In this document: positions 21,260-31,288 of the stretch, piece after piece
How the letters are laid out: each line of letters opens with the position of its first letter
Position numbering within the stretch: position 1 is the stretch's first letter
NCBI GenBank assembly: GCA_018061325.1
Contig: JAGOUJ010000001.1
Coordinates: 654 to 64,653 of the forward strand
Direction of reading: 5' to 3'
Length of the DNA: 64,000 bases
Source of the DNA: Gammaproteobacteria bacterium
GTDB lineage: Bacteria; Pseudomonadota; Gammaproteobacteria; UBA6186; Azoamicaceae
Notes under the pieces: model-generated
Told to the model about the DNA's origin: nothing
Database searches by the model: none
Seen by the model: only the letters and a program-made list of their open reading frames with translations
Made by a program: the position numbers and the translations under genes

Positions 21260-22522
21260 ATGAATAAAACACGTCGTATCGTCTTATTAAGTTGCGTTGG
21301 GTCCAGCCTGGAATATTATGATTTTATCATCTATGGCATGATGATTCCCTATATTACCGCTGTTTTTTTCGTCGATCATCAACCAGCTGTTGCCTATTTA
21401 AAAACCTTTTCTATTTTAGCGATTGGTTATTTAGCACGACCGCTAGGGGGCTATTTATTTGGCATGATTGCCGATATTTACGGGCGCAAAAAAACCTTTT
21501 TGGTCATTATGTCGGTCATGGCAGCCGCAACACTGATTATGGGATTATTGCCAAGCTATAAAGAGGCGGGTTTATGGGCCCCTTTGCTTCTCATTCTAGC
21601 CCGCATCCTACAGGGGCTTTCTTTTGGTGCGGAAATTCCCAGTGTTAGTACGCTTATTAAAGAACACAGTGCATCTAAACCCTCAGGCCATTATTTTGGT
21701 TGGATTATTTCGAGTACCAGTGTGGGTGCGCTACTGGCCTCGCTGGTCGTTTTTCTGATGGGTCGCACTTTTTCTACCGAAGAAATAACACAAGGCCTAT
21801 GGCGTCTTCCCTTTATACTGGGAGGTATTTTGGCCGTTGTGGCTTTTATCCTGAGAAATCGGATTGATGAAACGCCCGATTTTCTTCAGCATCAACACGC
21901 AAACAATCTGCATCATTCTGCCAAAACCATTCTTGGATCGCTTTTAAAAACACAGCCTAAAAGCTTGATCCGTGGTTTTTGTATGACTTTCTTTTTTTCA
22001 TATTTAATTATTTTTACCTTGTATCTGCCAGTCTATCTCAAGCAATATTTTGGTTATGCCACCCACACGGTTTTTTCAAGGATGTCCATGGGGATTTTAT
22101 TGGCAGGCTTAAGCGCCCCTGTTTTTGGTTATTTATTCGATCATATCGATCGCATTAAGGCCATTAAAGTCATCACGCCGCTTTTTCTTGTCTTCTTATA
22201 TGCATCCTTAAAAATGTTAGAGGTGCATGCTAGTTATGCCCTAGAAGTCTTTTTGTTGGGTTATCAACTTTTTATTGCCGCCTATTCTACGAATCTACTG
22301 GCTATTTTACCCACGCTCTTTCCCATGCCTGTGAGAAGTACTGGCGCGGGTCTTTGTTATAATCTGGCCTATTCGGTGGCCAGTTTAATTCCCTTAGGTT
22401 TAAGCGCTTGGGTTCACCCCCATAATTATCAAGGTATAATACTTGGTTGTGCGGCCTTGGTGATTAGTATTACCTTTCTAGGCACGGTTTATACAGAGCC
22501 TAAAGTATATCCGCAGGCCTAG
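21260..22522 (+). CDS. MFS transporter, metabolite:H+ symporter (ProP/KgtP-like) type
   Basis: 420 aa, about 12 TM. YYDFIIYG, RPLGGYLFGMIADIYGRKK and ARILQGLSFGAE motifs. Confidence 0.85.
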   Translation: MNKTRRIVLLSCVGSSLEYYDFIIYGMMIPYITAVFFVDHQPAVAYLKTFSILAIGYLARPLGGYLFGMIADIYGRKKTFLVIMSVMAAATLIMGLLPSYKEAGLWAPLLLILARILQGLSFGAEIPSVSTLIKEHSASKPSGHYFGWIISSTSVGALLASLVVFLMGRTFSTEEITQGLWRLPFILGGILAVVAFILRNRIDETPDFLQHQHANNLHHSAKTILGSLLKTQPKSLIRGFCMTFFFSYLIIFTLYLPVYLKQYFGYATHTVFSRMSMGILLAGLSAPVFGYLFDHIDRIKAIKVITPLFLVFLYASLKMLEVHASYALEVFLLGYQLFIAAYSTNLLAILPTLFPMPVRSTGAGLCYNLAYSVASLIPLGLSAWVHPHNYQGIILGCAALVISITFLGTVYTEPKVYPQA

Positions 22523-22558
22523 GTTATTTATCGGATGTAAAACCGATACAAAGATTAT

Positions 22559-22688
22559 AAAATTCACTTGTAATCAGTATAAGTTCTCACCCAAGTGCCC
22601 CTGGATGATTTAACCACCTTTCAGTGGTCTAAACCAAGATACAAGGCATCACTCCGATGAGAACTTATACTGATTACAAGTGAATTTT
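22559..22688. repeat. Perfect 31-bp inverted repeat flanking a 68-bp spacer (MITE-like or long hairpin)
   Basis: AAAATTCACTTGTAATCAGTATAAGTTCTCA at 22559-22589. Its exact reverse complement is at 22658-22688. Confidence 0.9.
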
Positions 22689-22882
22689 TGTTACACCATT
22701 TGTTGAATACAGGCGATACAGCAGAACAAGTTATCGATATCGGTGTACAACAAGGCATTCAGCAAGGTCTGCAACAAGGTGTTCAGACAGGGCAACGGCA
22801 GGAAAGAACCTACTTAGATCGCTACGGGCATAGTCTCTCCTGCAGGGGGAGAGTTCTGCTCCTTGCATTTCACTGCTGTTGA
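22688..22882 (+). pseudogene. Possible C-terminal remnant of an Rpn/YhgA-like (PD-(D/E)XK) putative transposase
   Basis: 64-aa TTG-initiated ORF with five 12-nt repeats (22742-22801) encoding GVQQGIQQGLQQGVQTGQRQ. This resembles the repetitive tails of Rpn-family proteins, as recalled from memory. Confidence 0.3.
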
Positions 22883-22984
22883 TCCCTATAATGTGGCCTC
22901 CTTAGCACCTAAACCGTGCCAAAGGTTTGAATCTCCTTGTCCTGCAAAAGTTTGCAGACTGACAAAACCCATAAGGAGTTATAA

Positions 22985-23389
22985 ATGAGACATTACGAAA
23001 TTGTGTTTATGGTCCACCCGGATCAGAGCGAGCAGGTCCCTGCCATGGTCGAGCGCTACAAGACGCTGATCGAGGCCAAGGGCGGCCAGATCCATCGTTT
23101 GGAAGATTGGGGGCGCAGACAACTGGCTTACCCCATTAACAAGCTTCACAAAGCGCATTATATGCTGATGAACATCGCCTGTACCCAAGAAGCTTTAAAA
23201 GAGCTCACCGACAACTTCCGTTTTAATGATGCTGTCATACGTCACTTGGTCTTAATCCAAGATGCTCCGATTACGGAACCTTCTTGTCTGATGAAAGAAA
23301 AAGACGAACGTCGTGAAGGTGGCTATAGACCTCGGGATCGCGGTTTTGATTCCGAAGAAGAGATTTTTGGCGCTGCGGAAGAATTATAG
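22985..23389 (+). CDS. rpsF: 30S ribosomal protein S6
   Basis: 134 aa. [19 protein letters not shown]-terminus. Confidence 0.96.
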   Translation: MRHYEIVFMVHPDQSEQVPAMVERYKTLIEAKGGQIHRLEDWGRRQLAYPINKLHKAHYMLMNIACTQEALKELTDNFRFNDAVIRHLVLIQDAPITEPSCLMKEKDERREGGYRPRDRGFDSEEEIFGAAEEL

Positions 23390-23398
23390 GAGCATACT

Positions 23399-23626
23399 AT
23401 GGCACGTCCATTCCGTCGTAGAAAATTTTGCCGCTTTACGGCTGCAAAGACTGAACAGATTGATTACAAAGATTTAAATGTATTAAGGAACTATATTACC
23501 GAAAGCGGAAAAATTGTTCCAAGCCGTATTACGGGCACTAAAGCACGGTATCAGCGGCAATTAGCGCAGGCCATTAAATTGGCACGCTATTTGTCTTTAT
23601 TACCTTATTGCGATCAACATCAGTAG
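23399..23626 (+). CDS. rpsR: 30S ribosomal protein S18
   Basis: 75 aa. RRRKFCRF...IDYKD...[11 protein letters not shown] motif. Confidence 0.96.
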   Translation: MARPFRRRKFCRFTAAKTEQIDYKDLNVLRNYITESGKIVPSRITGTKARYQRQLAQAIKLARYLSLLPYCDQHQ

Positions 23627-23659
23627 TCCCCAATAATCCTCATAAAAGGAATAGGTATC

Positions 23660-24112
23660 GTGGAAGTCATTTTATTAGAAAGAATCCCCAAACTAGGGGA
23701 CATGGGCGAAAAAGTACAGGTTAAACCAGGCTTTGGGCGCAACTATTTAATCCCCAGAGGGAAGGCTTTGGCTGCAACGCGTGCGAATGTTATAGTGTTT
23801 GAATCGCGTCGTGCAGCTTTGCAAGTAGAAGCCGAAGCACGTTTGGCAGCAGCCCGTGCCCGTGCGCTGGCCTTAGAAGATTTGTTGGTCACGATTGTGG
23901 CGAATGTAGGCGAAGAAGGACGGCTTTTTGGTTCAGTCACTGCACAAGATATTGTCGCAGCCTTAGAAACCTTGGGTCATCGTGTGGATAGACATGAAAT
24001 CCGTTTTGTCGAAGGACCGATTCGTCAGTGTGGCGATCATACGGTCGAGTTGCCTTTGTTTGGGGATGAAGTCGTTGCCAGAGTCCGCGTACTGGTAACA
24101 GCCGCTTCATAA
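23660..24112 (+). CDS. rplI: 50S ribosomal protein L9
   Basis: 150 aa, GTG start. VILLERIPKLGDMGEKVQVKPGFGRNYLIP motif. Confidence 0.94.
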   Translation: MEVILLERIPKLGDMGEKVQVKPGFGRNYLIPRGKALAATRANVIVFESRRAALQVEAEARLAAARARALALEDLLVTIVANVGEEGRLFGSVTAQDIVAALETLGHRVDRHEIRFVEGPIRQCGDHTVELPLFGDEVVARVRVLVTAAS

Positions 24113-24151
24113 GACCCTAAGCGTATAGGCTCATGGACGTGGAGAGGGACA

Positions 24152-25534
24152 ATGTTAAGCGAAGCCCTGCTTCTTGAACCGGGTCTTAAAATTCCACCGC
24201 ATTCTGTGGAAGCAGAACAAGCTGTTTTAGGCGGCTTGATGCTTGATAATCATGCTTGGGATCGGGTGGCCGATCGTCTTTTAGAATATGATTTTTACCG
24301 CATGGATCATCGAGCCATCTATAGAGCGATGGCCGATCTAGCCTTACAATCCAAGCCTATCGACATCATCACCGTTTCGGAAGCGCTAGAGGGATCGCAT
24401 GCCCTTGATACCGTAGGAGGGCTTGCCTATTTAGGCAATTTGGCCAAGAGCACACCCACCTCGGCCAATATTGTTGCCTATGCCGATATTGTGCGCGAGC
24501 GATCGATTATGCGTCGGCTCATTGAGATTGGTGGCGAAATTACCGAGTCTGCTTTTCATGCCGCGGGTAGATCCGCTTCAGAATTGTTGGATGATGCAGA
24601 GCGTAAAGTCTTTGCCATTGCCGAGCAAGGCGGACGTAGTGTACAAACGGGCCCCCAAGCCATTGCAACGGTCCTGGCACGTACGATTGATCGTATCGAT
24701 ACGATTTTTCATGCCGGTTCTTCCATCACCGGTATTTCTACAGGCTTTAACGATTTTGATAAGCTGACCTGTGGTTTACAAGCCTCCGATTTAATTGTGG
24801 TGGCAGGCCGTCCTTCGATGGGTAAAACCACTTTTGCCATGAATATTGCCGAGCATGCTGCGATGAAAAATCCCGATAGCGCCGTGCTTATTTTCAGTAT
24901 GGAAATGCCAGCCGATCTATTAGCCATGCGGCTCTTGGCGTCTATGGGGCGTGTGGATCATCAAAAAATCCGCAGTGGTCAATTAGAAGAGGCCGATTGG
25001 CCTAGGCTTTCTTCAGCGATTAGCCTGTTGTCTGCGAAGAAATTATTAATTGATGATAGCGGTTCTTTAAGTCCCTTAGAAATTCGCGCCCGTGCGCGTC
25101 GGGTTGCCCGAGAACAAGGTTCCTTGGGTCTCATTGTCATCGATTATTTGCAATTGATGCGGGTGCCTGGGCGTAATGAACATCGGGCGGCTGAAATTTC
25201 AGAAATTTCTCGTTCGCTTAAATCCTTGGCCCGAGAGCTCAATGTGCCGGTGATTGCTTTATCACAGCTCAATCGTAGTTTGGAGCAACGACCTGATAAA
25301 CGGCCCATGATGTCCGATCTGCGTGAATCCGGTGCGATTGAACAAGATGCCGATCTGATTGCTTTTGTGTACAGGGATGAGGTTTACAACAAAGACTCTA
25401 ACGATAAAGGGACTGCCGAAATTATTATTGGCAAACAACGAAATGGTCCCATTGGCATGACACGTCTTACCTTTTTGGGTCAGTATGCACGTTTTGATAA
25501 TTTTTCGGCTGAGAGCCGGATGATGGATCATTAG
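24152..25534 (+). CDS. dnaB: Replicative DNA helicase DnaB
   Basis: 460 aa. PPHSVEAEQAVLGGLM N-terminus. Walker A GRPSMGKTTF. Position after rplI. Confidence 0.97.
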   Translation: MLSEALLLEPGLKIPPHSVEAEQAVLGGLMLDNHAWDRVADRLLEYDFYRMDHRAIYRAMADLALQSKPIDIITVSEALEGSHALDTVGGLAYLGNLAKSTPTSANIVAYADIVRERSIMRRLIEIGGEITESAFHAAGRSASELLDDAERKVFAIAEQGGRSVQTGPQAIATVLARTIDRIDTIFHAGSSITGISTGFNDFDKLTCGLQASDLIVVAGRPSMGKTTFAMNIAEHAAMKNPDSAVLIFSMEMPADLLAMRLLASMGRVDHQKIRSGQLEEADWPRLSSAISLLSAKKLLIDDSGSLSPLEIRARARRVAREQGSLGLIVIDYLQLMRVPGRNEHRAAEISEISRSLKSLARELNVPVIALSQLNRSLEQRPDKRPMMSDLRESGAIEQDADLIAFVYRDEVYNKDSNDKGTAEIIIGKQRNGPIGMTRLTFLGQYARFDNFSAESRMMDH

Positions 25535-25663
25535 TAGTCTGTTAAATAAGTTTTTCCGAATGGCACTCGGGGGCATACATCCCTGTATTCGACGATTTTC
25601 CATCCCTGGAATCGACGCCCCTCATGCACACTCAGAAAAACTTATTGGACAGCGTTAGGGTAG

Positions 25664-25695
25664 CCCCTTGAATTTTCGCCTGCAGCCCCCATCTA
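25664..25695 (+). promoter_or_regulatory. Sigma-32 (RpoH) heat-shock promoter of groES-groEL
   Basis: CTTGAAT at 25667-25673, a 13-nt spacer, then CCCCATCT at 25687-25694. The E. coli consensus is CTTGAAA-N13-15-CCCCATnT. About 105 nt upstream of groES. Confidence 0.8.
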
Positions 25696-25800
25696 CAAGT
25701 TAGCCAAGGCTTATTCATCAATGATATGCTTGGCACCGTTGCTAAATGGTTGCACGGCAAGATTTAGGTATAAAACTTATTTGGTTAAGGAGCACAGAAG

Positions 25801-26094
25801 ATGAGTGAACTCAAAATTCGTCCCCTAAACGATCGCGTGATCGTTAAACGTATTGTGGAAACTGTGAGTGCAGGGGGAATTTTGATCCCTGAAACAGGTG
25901 ATAAACCACAACGTGGTACCGTCTTGGCCGTGGGACCCGGTAAGCTCGATAACAATGGGACCTTACGTCCAGTCGATCTGAATGCTGGAGACGAAGTACT
26001 TTTTGGTAAGTATTCCGGTACCGAAGTGAAAGTCGATGGTCAGGATCTCCTGATTATGCGCGAAGAAGACATTCTGGGTGTGGTTGGACACTAA
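25801..26094 (+). CDS. groES: Co-chaperonin GroES
   Basis: 97 aa. [12 protein letters not shown] and GGILIPE motifs. Confidence 0.97.
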   Translation: MSELKIRPLNDRVIVKRIVETVSAGGILIPETGDKPQRGTVLAVGPGKLDNNGTLRPVDLNAGDEVLFGKYSGTEVKVDGQDLLIMREEDILGVVGH

Positions 26095-26128
26095 TTACTG
26101 ATTATTGAATAGAGAGGAGTAGATAAAC

Positions 26129-27802
26129 ATGGCTTCAAAAGAATTACTTTATGGTGAAGCAGCGCGACATGCCTTATTAAGAGGTGTTGTAGGCCTGGCC
26201 GATGCAGTAGCCGTTACTTTAGGTCCCCGTGGTCGCACGGTGATTATTCAAAAATCCTATGGTGCCCCTACCATTACCAAAGATGGTGTGTCGGTCGCCA
26301 AAGAATTTGAAATGGATGGTGTAGCAGGCATGGGTGCCAAGATGCTGCAAGAAGTTGCTTCCAAGACCTCTGATGATGCAGGCGATGGTACAACGACTGC
26401 GACGGTTTTGGCCCGATCCATTGTGGTGGAAGGTCATAAGGCTGTAGCTGCCGGCATGAATCCTATGGATCTGAAACGCGGTATGGATAAAGCCACTGCT
26501 GCAATTGTTGCTGAACTGAAGAAATTATCGGTGCCTTGCAAAGACAGCAAAGCGATTGCTCAAGTGGGTACCATTTCAGCTAATTCCGATGAATCGGTCG
26601 GTAATATTATTGCCGAGGCCATGGGCAAAGTGGGTAAAGAGGGCGTGATTACGGTTGAAGACGGTAATGGCCTGAGCGATGAACTATCTTTCGTAGAAGG
26701 TATGCAATTTGATCGCGGTTATATCTCACCTTATTTTGCGAATAATCAGCAAAATATGAGCTGTGAGCTTGAGAACCCCTTCATCTTAGTGATCGATAAG
26801 AAAATTGCGAACATTCGTGAGATGTTACCTATTTTGGAAGCGGTGGCTAAAGCAGGTCGGGCACTATTTATTATTGCTGAAGATGTTGAAGGCGAAGCCT
26901 TAGCAACCTTGGTGATTAACAATATGCGCGGTATTGTGAAAGTGTGTGCAGTCAAAGCGCCTGGTTTTGGCGATCGTCGCAAAGCCATGTTGGAAGATAT
27001 TGCCACATTGGTTAAAGCAACTGTCATTTCCGAAGAAATTGGACTCACGCTTGAGGGTGCAACGGTCGACGTGCTGGGTACGGCTAAACGTGTATTGGTC
27101 ACCAAAGAAAACACCACCATTATTGATGGTAAGGGTGACCATGCGACGATTGAAAAACGTGTGTTGCAACTACGACAACAATCAACGGATGCCACCTCTG
27201 ATTATGATCGCGAAAAAATCCAAGAGCGTATTGCAAAGCTCTCCGGTGGTGTGGCTGTGATCAAAGTAGGTGCCGGATCCGAAGCAGAAATGAAGGAAAA
27301 GAAGGCACGGGTTGAAGATGCACTGCATGCTACGCGTGCAGCGGTTGAAGAAGGTGTAGTGCCCGGTGGCGGTGTGGCCTTGGTGCGTGTCATTCCTTTG
27401 GTGCAGGGATTGAAAGGTGATAACGAAGATCAAAATCACGGTGTTGCCATTATCCTAAGAGCCTTAGAGGCACCTTTACGTCAAATCGTCTTAAATGCGG
27501 GTGGAGAGCCTGCAGTGGTATTGCAACGTGTGAAAGAGGGCACCGGTAACTTTGGTTACAACGCTGCAACCTCCGAATACGGCGATATGGTTAAAATGGG
27601 TATTTTGGATCCAACCAAAGTAACCCGTACAGCCTTACAACAAGCCTCTTCTGTGGCTGGCTTGCTCATTACTACAGAGTGCACGATCTCCGATGCGCCT
27701 AAGTCTGATAAGGACAGCGGTGCAGCCGGTGGCGGCGGCATGGGTGGTATGGGCGGAATGGGCGGAATGGGAGGCATGGGTGGTATGGGCGACATGATGT
27801 AA
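26129..27802 (+). CDS. groEL: Chaperonin GroEL
   Basis: 557 aa. [12 protein letters not shown] motif. C-terminal GGM repeats. Confidence 0.98.
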   Translation: MASKELLYGEAARHALLRGVVGLADAVAVTLGPRGRTVIIQKSYGAPTITKDGVSVAKEFEMDGVAGMGAKMLQEVASKTSDDAGDGTTTATVLARSIVVEGHKAVAAGMNPMDLKRGMDKATAAIVAELKKLSVPCKDSKAIAQVGTISANSDESVGNIIAEAMGKVGKEGVITVEDGNGLSDELSFVEGMQFDRGYISPYFANNQQNMSCELENPFILVIDKKIANIREMLPILEAVAKAGRALFIIAEDVEGEALATLVINNMRGIVKVCAVKAPGFGDRRKAMLEDIATLVKATVISEEIGLTLEGATVDVLGTAKRVLVTKENTTIIDGKGDHATIEKRVLQLRQQSTDATSDYDREKIQERIAKLSGGVAVIKVGAGSEAEMKEKKARVEDALHATRAAVEEGVVPGGGVALVRVIPLVQGLKGDNEDQNHGVAIILRALEAPLRQIVLNAGGEPAVVLQRVKEGTGNFGYNAATSEYGDMVKMGILDPTKVTRTALQQASSVAGLLITTECTISDAPKSDKDSGAAGGGGMGGMGGMGGMGGMGGMGDMM

Positions 27803-27845
27803 CAACCCCACCCTAGCCACTAAAGCTGCGCTTTAGTGTGCTTTT

Positions 27846-27870
27846 CCCTCTCCCGCGAAGCGGGAGGAGG
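27846..27870. repeat. REP-like C-rich/G-rich palindromic element, copy 1
   Basis: CCCTCTCCCGC-GAA-GCGGGAGGAGG. Related to copies at 40025, 45107, 50233 and 60653. Confidence 0.7.
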
Positions 27871-27888
27871 ATCATTGCAATAAACCCG

Positions 27889-27917
27889 GAACCCCGCTTT
27901 AGGCGGGGTTCTTTTTT
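27889..27917 (+). terminator. Rho-independent terminator after groEL
   Basis: Stem GAACCCCGC, loop TTTAG, stem GCGGGGTTC, followed by TTTTTT. Confidence 0.8.
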
Positions 27918-27969
27918 GGTAGATACCATTGCGACGGTGGGTGGCCCGCAGGGCCGGATGAGGGTTCCA

Positions 27970-28554
27970 TTAAATATACCGCGTTAGCGTTGTCATAACC
28001 TTCGATAAGCCTTTCATCAGCACACACACTATCTGCGGCAATGGTTTTGCACCGTGTGCAATGGCTTGGGTTGCATGTTTTTGTTCATCGATTTGCATTT
28101 TTTGCAGGATAGCTCGGCTCTTTTCATCACGTAGGGGCATTTCTTGTAAGTGTTTTTCTAGATGCAGGCCCACTTGTTTTTCTGTTTCTGCCACAAAGCC
28201 TAAACTGAGTGCTTCACCACACAGTCCCGCTATCATGCCTATGCCGAAAGATCCCGCTGCGAAGCATGGATTAAGCATACTGGCCTTACTATTGAGTTCT
28301 TTAAGGCGATCACCACACCATTGTAAATGCGCTTGTTCTTCATCGGCGGCTTGGTTTAAGTGTTCGATCAAAGGGGCATTGCGTGCCATCAGTGCTTGTC
28401 CGCGGTAGAGGGCTTGTGCACAAACTTCACCCGTATGATTGACGCGCATCAGGGATGCTGCTTTTTGTGCATCGCTGGGATCGGAAAAAAAGGTTTTTAA
28501 GCTTGTATCAATAGGGATCAATAAGCGATCGAAGAAACTATCATAATCACGCAT
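27970..28554 (-). CDS. coq7: Demethoxyubiquinone hydroxylase, Coq7 family
   Basis: 194 aa, di-iron four-helix type. MRVNHTGEVCAQALYRGQ and ADEEQAHL motifs. Confidence 0.88.
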   Translation of the reverse strand: MRDYDSFFDRLLIPIDTSLKTFFSDPSDAQKAASLMRVNHTGEVCAQALYRGQALMARNAPLIEHLNQAADEEQAHLQWCGDRLKELNSKASMLNPCFAAGSFGIGMIAGLCGEALSLGFVAETEKQVGLHLEKHLQEMPLRDEKSRAILQKMQIDEQKHATQAIAHGAKPLPQIVCVLMKGLSKVMTTLTRYI

Positions 28555-28619
28555 AGCCTATAATACCTCGTGCAATAGGTTTTTTGGAATGTGCACCGGA
28601 AAAACACTTATCGGGGGTA

Positions 28620-28871
28620 TTAAAAAACTTCGTGTTCAGGCACACGCCTTGTTTTAAGCAGTGGTTCAGCCTCTACAGTATCGAGTTTGTGGATTAAGGT
28701 CTGCAGACCCTGTGTCCACCGTGATTGATGACCTTTGAGCGTGCTATTTTCCTGTTGTAATTGTGCATTGTACTGTTCAAGTTCTTCAACCTGCAATTTT
28801 AAGAGCGCTATGTTTTCAAGCATAGCGTCAATCTTCGGTTCTAGACTTTCTAATAATGTATGCGACATCAA
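28620..28871 (-). CDS. Small coiled-coil protein (ZapB/TIGR02449-like), function uncertain
   Basis: 83 aa. Heptad-rich sequence LENIALLKLQVEELEQYNAQLQQENSTLK. Confidence 0.5.
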   Translation of the reverse strand: MMSHTLLESLEPKIDAMLENIALLKLQVEELEQYNAQLQQENSTLKGHQSRWTQGLQTLIHKLDTVEAEPLLKTRRVPEHEVF

Positions 28872-28895
28872 GCGCGCTCCTTTGGGTTCGATGCT

Positions 28896-29924
28896 TCAAT
28901 AAAAAACAGTTTTAGCTTCTATACCACGTTCTTCCATAATGGAGCGTAATAGTTTCAGGGCTTCTACTTGGATTTGCCGGACCCGTTCTCGGGTAAGACC
29001 CACTTCCATGCCTACTTCTTCTAAGGTCGATTCCTCAAAGCCTCGCAAACCAAAACGCCGCAGCAAGATAGAGCGCTGTTTCTCATTCAAGAGCGCTAAG
29101 CATTCTTCCAGCCGATTACGCATATTCTTTTCTTCTAAGATTTCAGCCGGTCCTTCATTTTGATGGTCGGCCAGCGCTTCGAGTAAAGGTTTATCGGTAT
29201 CATCACCCATGGGGGTATCTACCGATAAAGTGCGCTCATTCAGTCGGAGAACACGGTTTACAGCAGCAGGCTCTTTATCCAGGGCCTTCGCAATATCTTC
29301 ATAGGTGGGTTCATGGTCCAGATCTTGGGTAAGCTCCCGAGCTTTGCGTAGATAAACATTGAGTTCTTTGATGATATGGATGGGCAGTCTAATCGTGCGC
29401 GTTTGGTTCATAATGGCCCGTTCAATATTCTGTCGAATCCACCAGGTAGCATAAGTCGAAAAACGAAAGCCGCGTTCTGGATCGAATTTCTCTACAGCCC
29501 TAATAAGGCCTAGATTGCCTTCCTCGACCAGATCCAAGAGCGCCAGGCCACGATTCAGATAACGACGTGCAATCTTTACCACCAAGCGCAGGTTGCATTT
29601 GACCATATGGTTACGAGCATCCTCATCGCCTTGGCGGGCACGACGTGCATAAAAAACTTCTTCTTCAGCACTCAGCAAAGGGGAAGCACCAATTTCAATC
29701 AGGTATAATTGGGTTGGGTCGCTTTCTTGTTTGCGAGGCTGCCGTGCGGTGGGTTGTTCTTCTGCTTCTACATCCCAATTGAGTTCTGCAACAAGGACCT
29801 CTGCTTCTAGTTCCACTTCCTCTAAAGCTTCTGCTTCTAAAACAGGGCCCTCTTCCAGTGCTTCTAACAGAGCGCTCTCTACAGGCTCCATGTTGTCAAT
29901 CGATTGTCCCCAGTCCTTTGGCAT
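28896..29924 (-). CDS. rpoS: RNA polymerase sigma factor RpoS (sigma-38)
   Basis: 342 aa. Regions 2-4 are present, with the RpoS-typical [17 protein letters not shown] motif. Acidic N-terminus. Confidence 0.9.
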   Translation of the reverse strand: MPKDWGQSIDNMEPVESALLEALEEGPVLEAEALEEVELEAEVLVAELNWDVEAEEQPTARQPRKQESDPTQLYLIEIGASPLLSAEEEVFYARRARQGDEDARNHMVKCNLRLVVKIARRYLNRGLALLDLVEEGNLGLIRAVEKFDPERGFRFSTYATWWIRQNIERAIMNQTRTIRLPIHIIKELNVYLRKARELTQDLDHEPTYEDIAKALDKEPAAVNRVLRLNERTLSVDTPMGDDTDKPLLEALADHQNEGPAEILEEKNMRNRLEECLALLNEKQRSILLRRFGLRGFEESTLEEVGMEVGLTRERVRQIQVEALKLLRSIMEERGIEAKTVFY

Positions 29925-30148
29925 AAGATTTCTCCCGTTGATAAAGCTTAACGAGTGATAAGTGGAAAATTCATACTACACGTAGTTTCCCTGAAAGTTC
30001 AAATACTAAATCTAGAAGAGGAATCACTAAATGTCCAATACAGATTGAAAATTTATTTTGTAAGACAACAAGCTATTTAAAACATTCCCTACCTATACAT
30101 AGGGTGAGGTGTATTGTAGGATGAATCAATCTTGATTTGGAGATCACC

Positions 30149-30442
30149 GTGACACGCTCTCAATTGATTAAAACCTTGGCGATGCAAAACAAGCAACTAT
30201 ATGAGAAAAATATTGCCATCGGTGTACATTTAGTCTTTAAGCAAATCATCGAAGCATTACTGAGCGGCCAGCGTGTTGAGGTCCGTGGTTTTGGTAGTTT
30301 TGTGCTGCGTCTGCGCGCGGCACGTTCTGTTAGAAATCCTAAAACCGGTGCCGTGGCGCATCAAAAACCCAGTTATGTCTTACACTTTAAACCAGGGAAG
30401 GCATTGAGAGAACGTGTGAACCACGTGTTGGCAGAGGGTTGA
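30149..30442 (+). CDS. ihfB: Integration host factor subunit beta
   Basis: GTG start gives MTRSQLI. RVEVRGFGSF...RNPKTG...HFKPGK motifs. The tracked TTG start at 30137 is the alternative. Confidence 0.88.
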   Translation: MTRSQLIKTLAMQNKQLYEKNIAIGVHLVFKQIIEALLSGQRVEVRGFGSFVLRLRAARSVRNPKTGAVAHQKPSYVLHFKPGKALRERVNHVLAEG

Positions 30443-30457
30443 TAGAAGGAATTTTTT

Positions 30458-31279
30458 ATGAAAGTGAGATTAACAAAAACAGGCGTTCTGTTGTGCTTAT
30501 TAGCGATAGGTCCCCGTGTGGCTACAGCGCTCGTAGTCGATCAGTCAAGGGTCGATCCTTATGGGAATGCGCAGTCTACAGCCTTTTACAAGGCTATCAC
30601 GGGGGGATCGGAGATCGGTTTAGAAGAGCAGGCTAGGCTCAATGCCATGGTGCCTAAGCGTACGGATCAACGTTTCTATGGCAGTGTTCGGTATAACAGC
30701 GGTCCTTTTGATTTAACAAAATTTAGAAATAAATCCACAGATGACAATAAAGCAGGGATTGTGAGTACAAAGAGTGTTTCCGCCAAGCAAAGCAGTTTTA
30801 GTCTGCTCCTGGGTTATCAGTTTTCACCTGCGTTCAGAGCTGATCTCGAATATCTGGCGCGCAAGACGCTTAGCTATACAGCCAGCCCTGTGCTGACAGG
30901 TACATTGATAACGCCTCGAAAGTTAGACGGGACCTTAAAAGGCAGCACGGTCCTTCTGAATGCCTATTATGATTTTATCAATCAGACACCGTTCATACCT
31001 TATCTGGGTTGCGGTGTAGGTCTTTCCAAATACACGATTACTGCAACTTTAACACCGGCACCTACCGCGGGGGCTTCTAAAAGCAACAGTCCTATCAAAC
31101 CGGCTATGGCAGTGGGTGCCGGTGTGAAGATGCGGATGTTCGGGGATCATTTTGTGGATCTTAGTTATCGCTACCTGCAACTGGGCGCTAATCTACAATT
31201 TAGAGCCAACAGTGGTTTTATGCTGGATGCCAGCAATAGCGCGAAGGTGATGAGTGTGGGTTGGACACACGTTTTTTAG
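30458..31279 (+). CDS. Outer-membrane beta-barrel protein (OmpA-like/opacity-type)
   Basis: Signal peptide. Alternating-hydrophobic strands. C-terminal VGWTHVF with a terminal Phe. Confidence 0.72.
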   Translation: MKVRLTKTGVLLCLLAIGPRVATALVVDQSRVDPYGNAQSTAFYKAITGGSEIGLEEQARLNAMVPKRTDQRFYGSVRYNSGPFDLTKFRNKSTDDNKAGIVSTKSVSAKQSSFSLLLGYQFSPAFRADLEYLARKTLSYTASPVLTGTLITPRKLDGTLKGSTVLLNAYYDFINQTPFIPYLGCGVGLSKYTITATLTPAPTAGASKSNSPIKPAMAVGAGVKMRMFGDHFVDLSYRYLQLGANLQFRANSGFMLDASNSAKVMSVGWTHVF

Positions 31280-31288
31280 TCTTTTTAG

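Noticed and set aside
22890-22984. Possible S6:S18 autoregulatory leader upstream of rpsF (hairpin CTGCAAA-AG-TTTGCAG at ~22945-22960)
   Set aside because: I cannot verify the conserved r-leader consensus by eye. A covariance-model scan would be needed.
23390-23398. Absence of priB between rpsF and rpsR
   Set aside because: The rpsF-priB-rpsR arrangement is restricted to some beta- and gammaproteobacteria. I cannot establish from this window that its absence is unusual for this lineage.
27731-27790. Tandem 9-12-nt repeats at the end of groEL
   Set aside because: This is the well-known GGM C-terminal repeat of GroEL, not a novel repeat or array.
26219-27820. Several 60-150-aa ORFs antisense to, or out of frame within, groEL (for example 26746-27195, 26900-27169, 27556-27795)
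   Set aside because: They lie wholly inside a highly conserved gene and have low-complexity or repeat-mirroring sequences (PPIPPM mirrors the GGM repeat). These are shadow ORFs.
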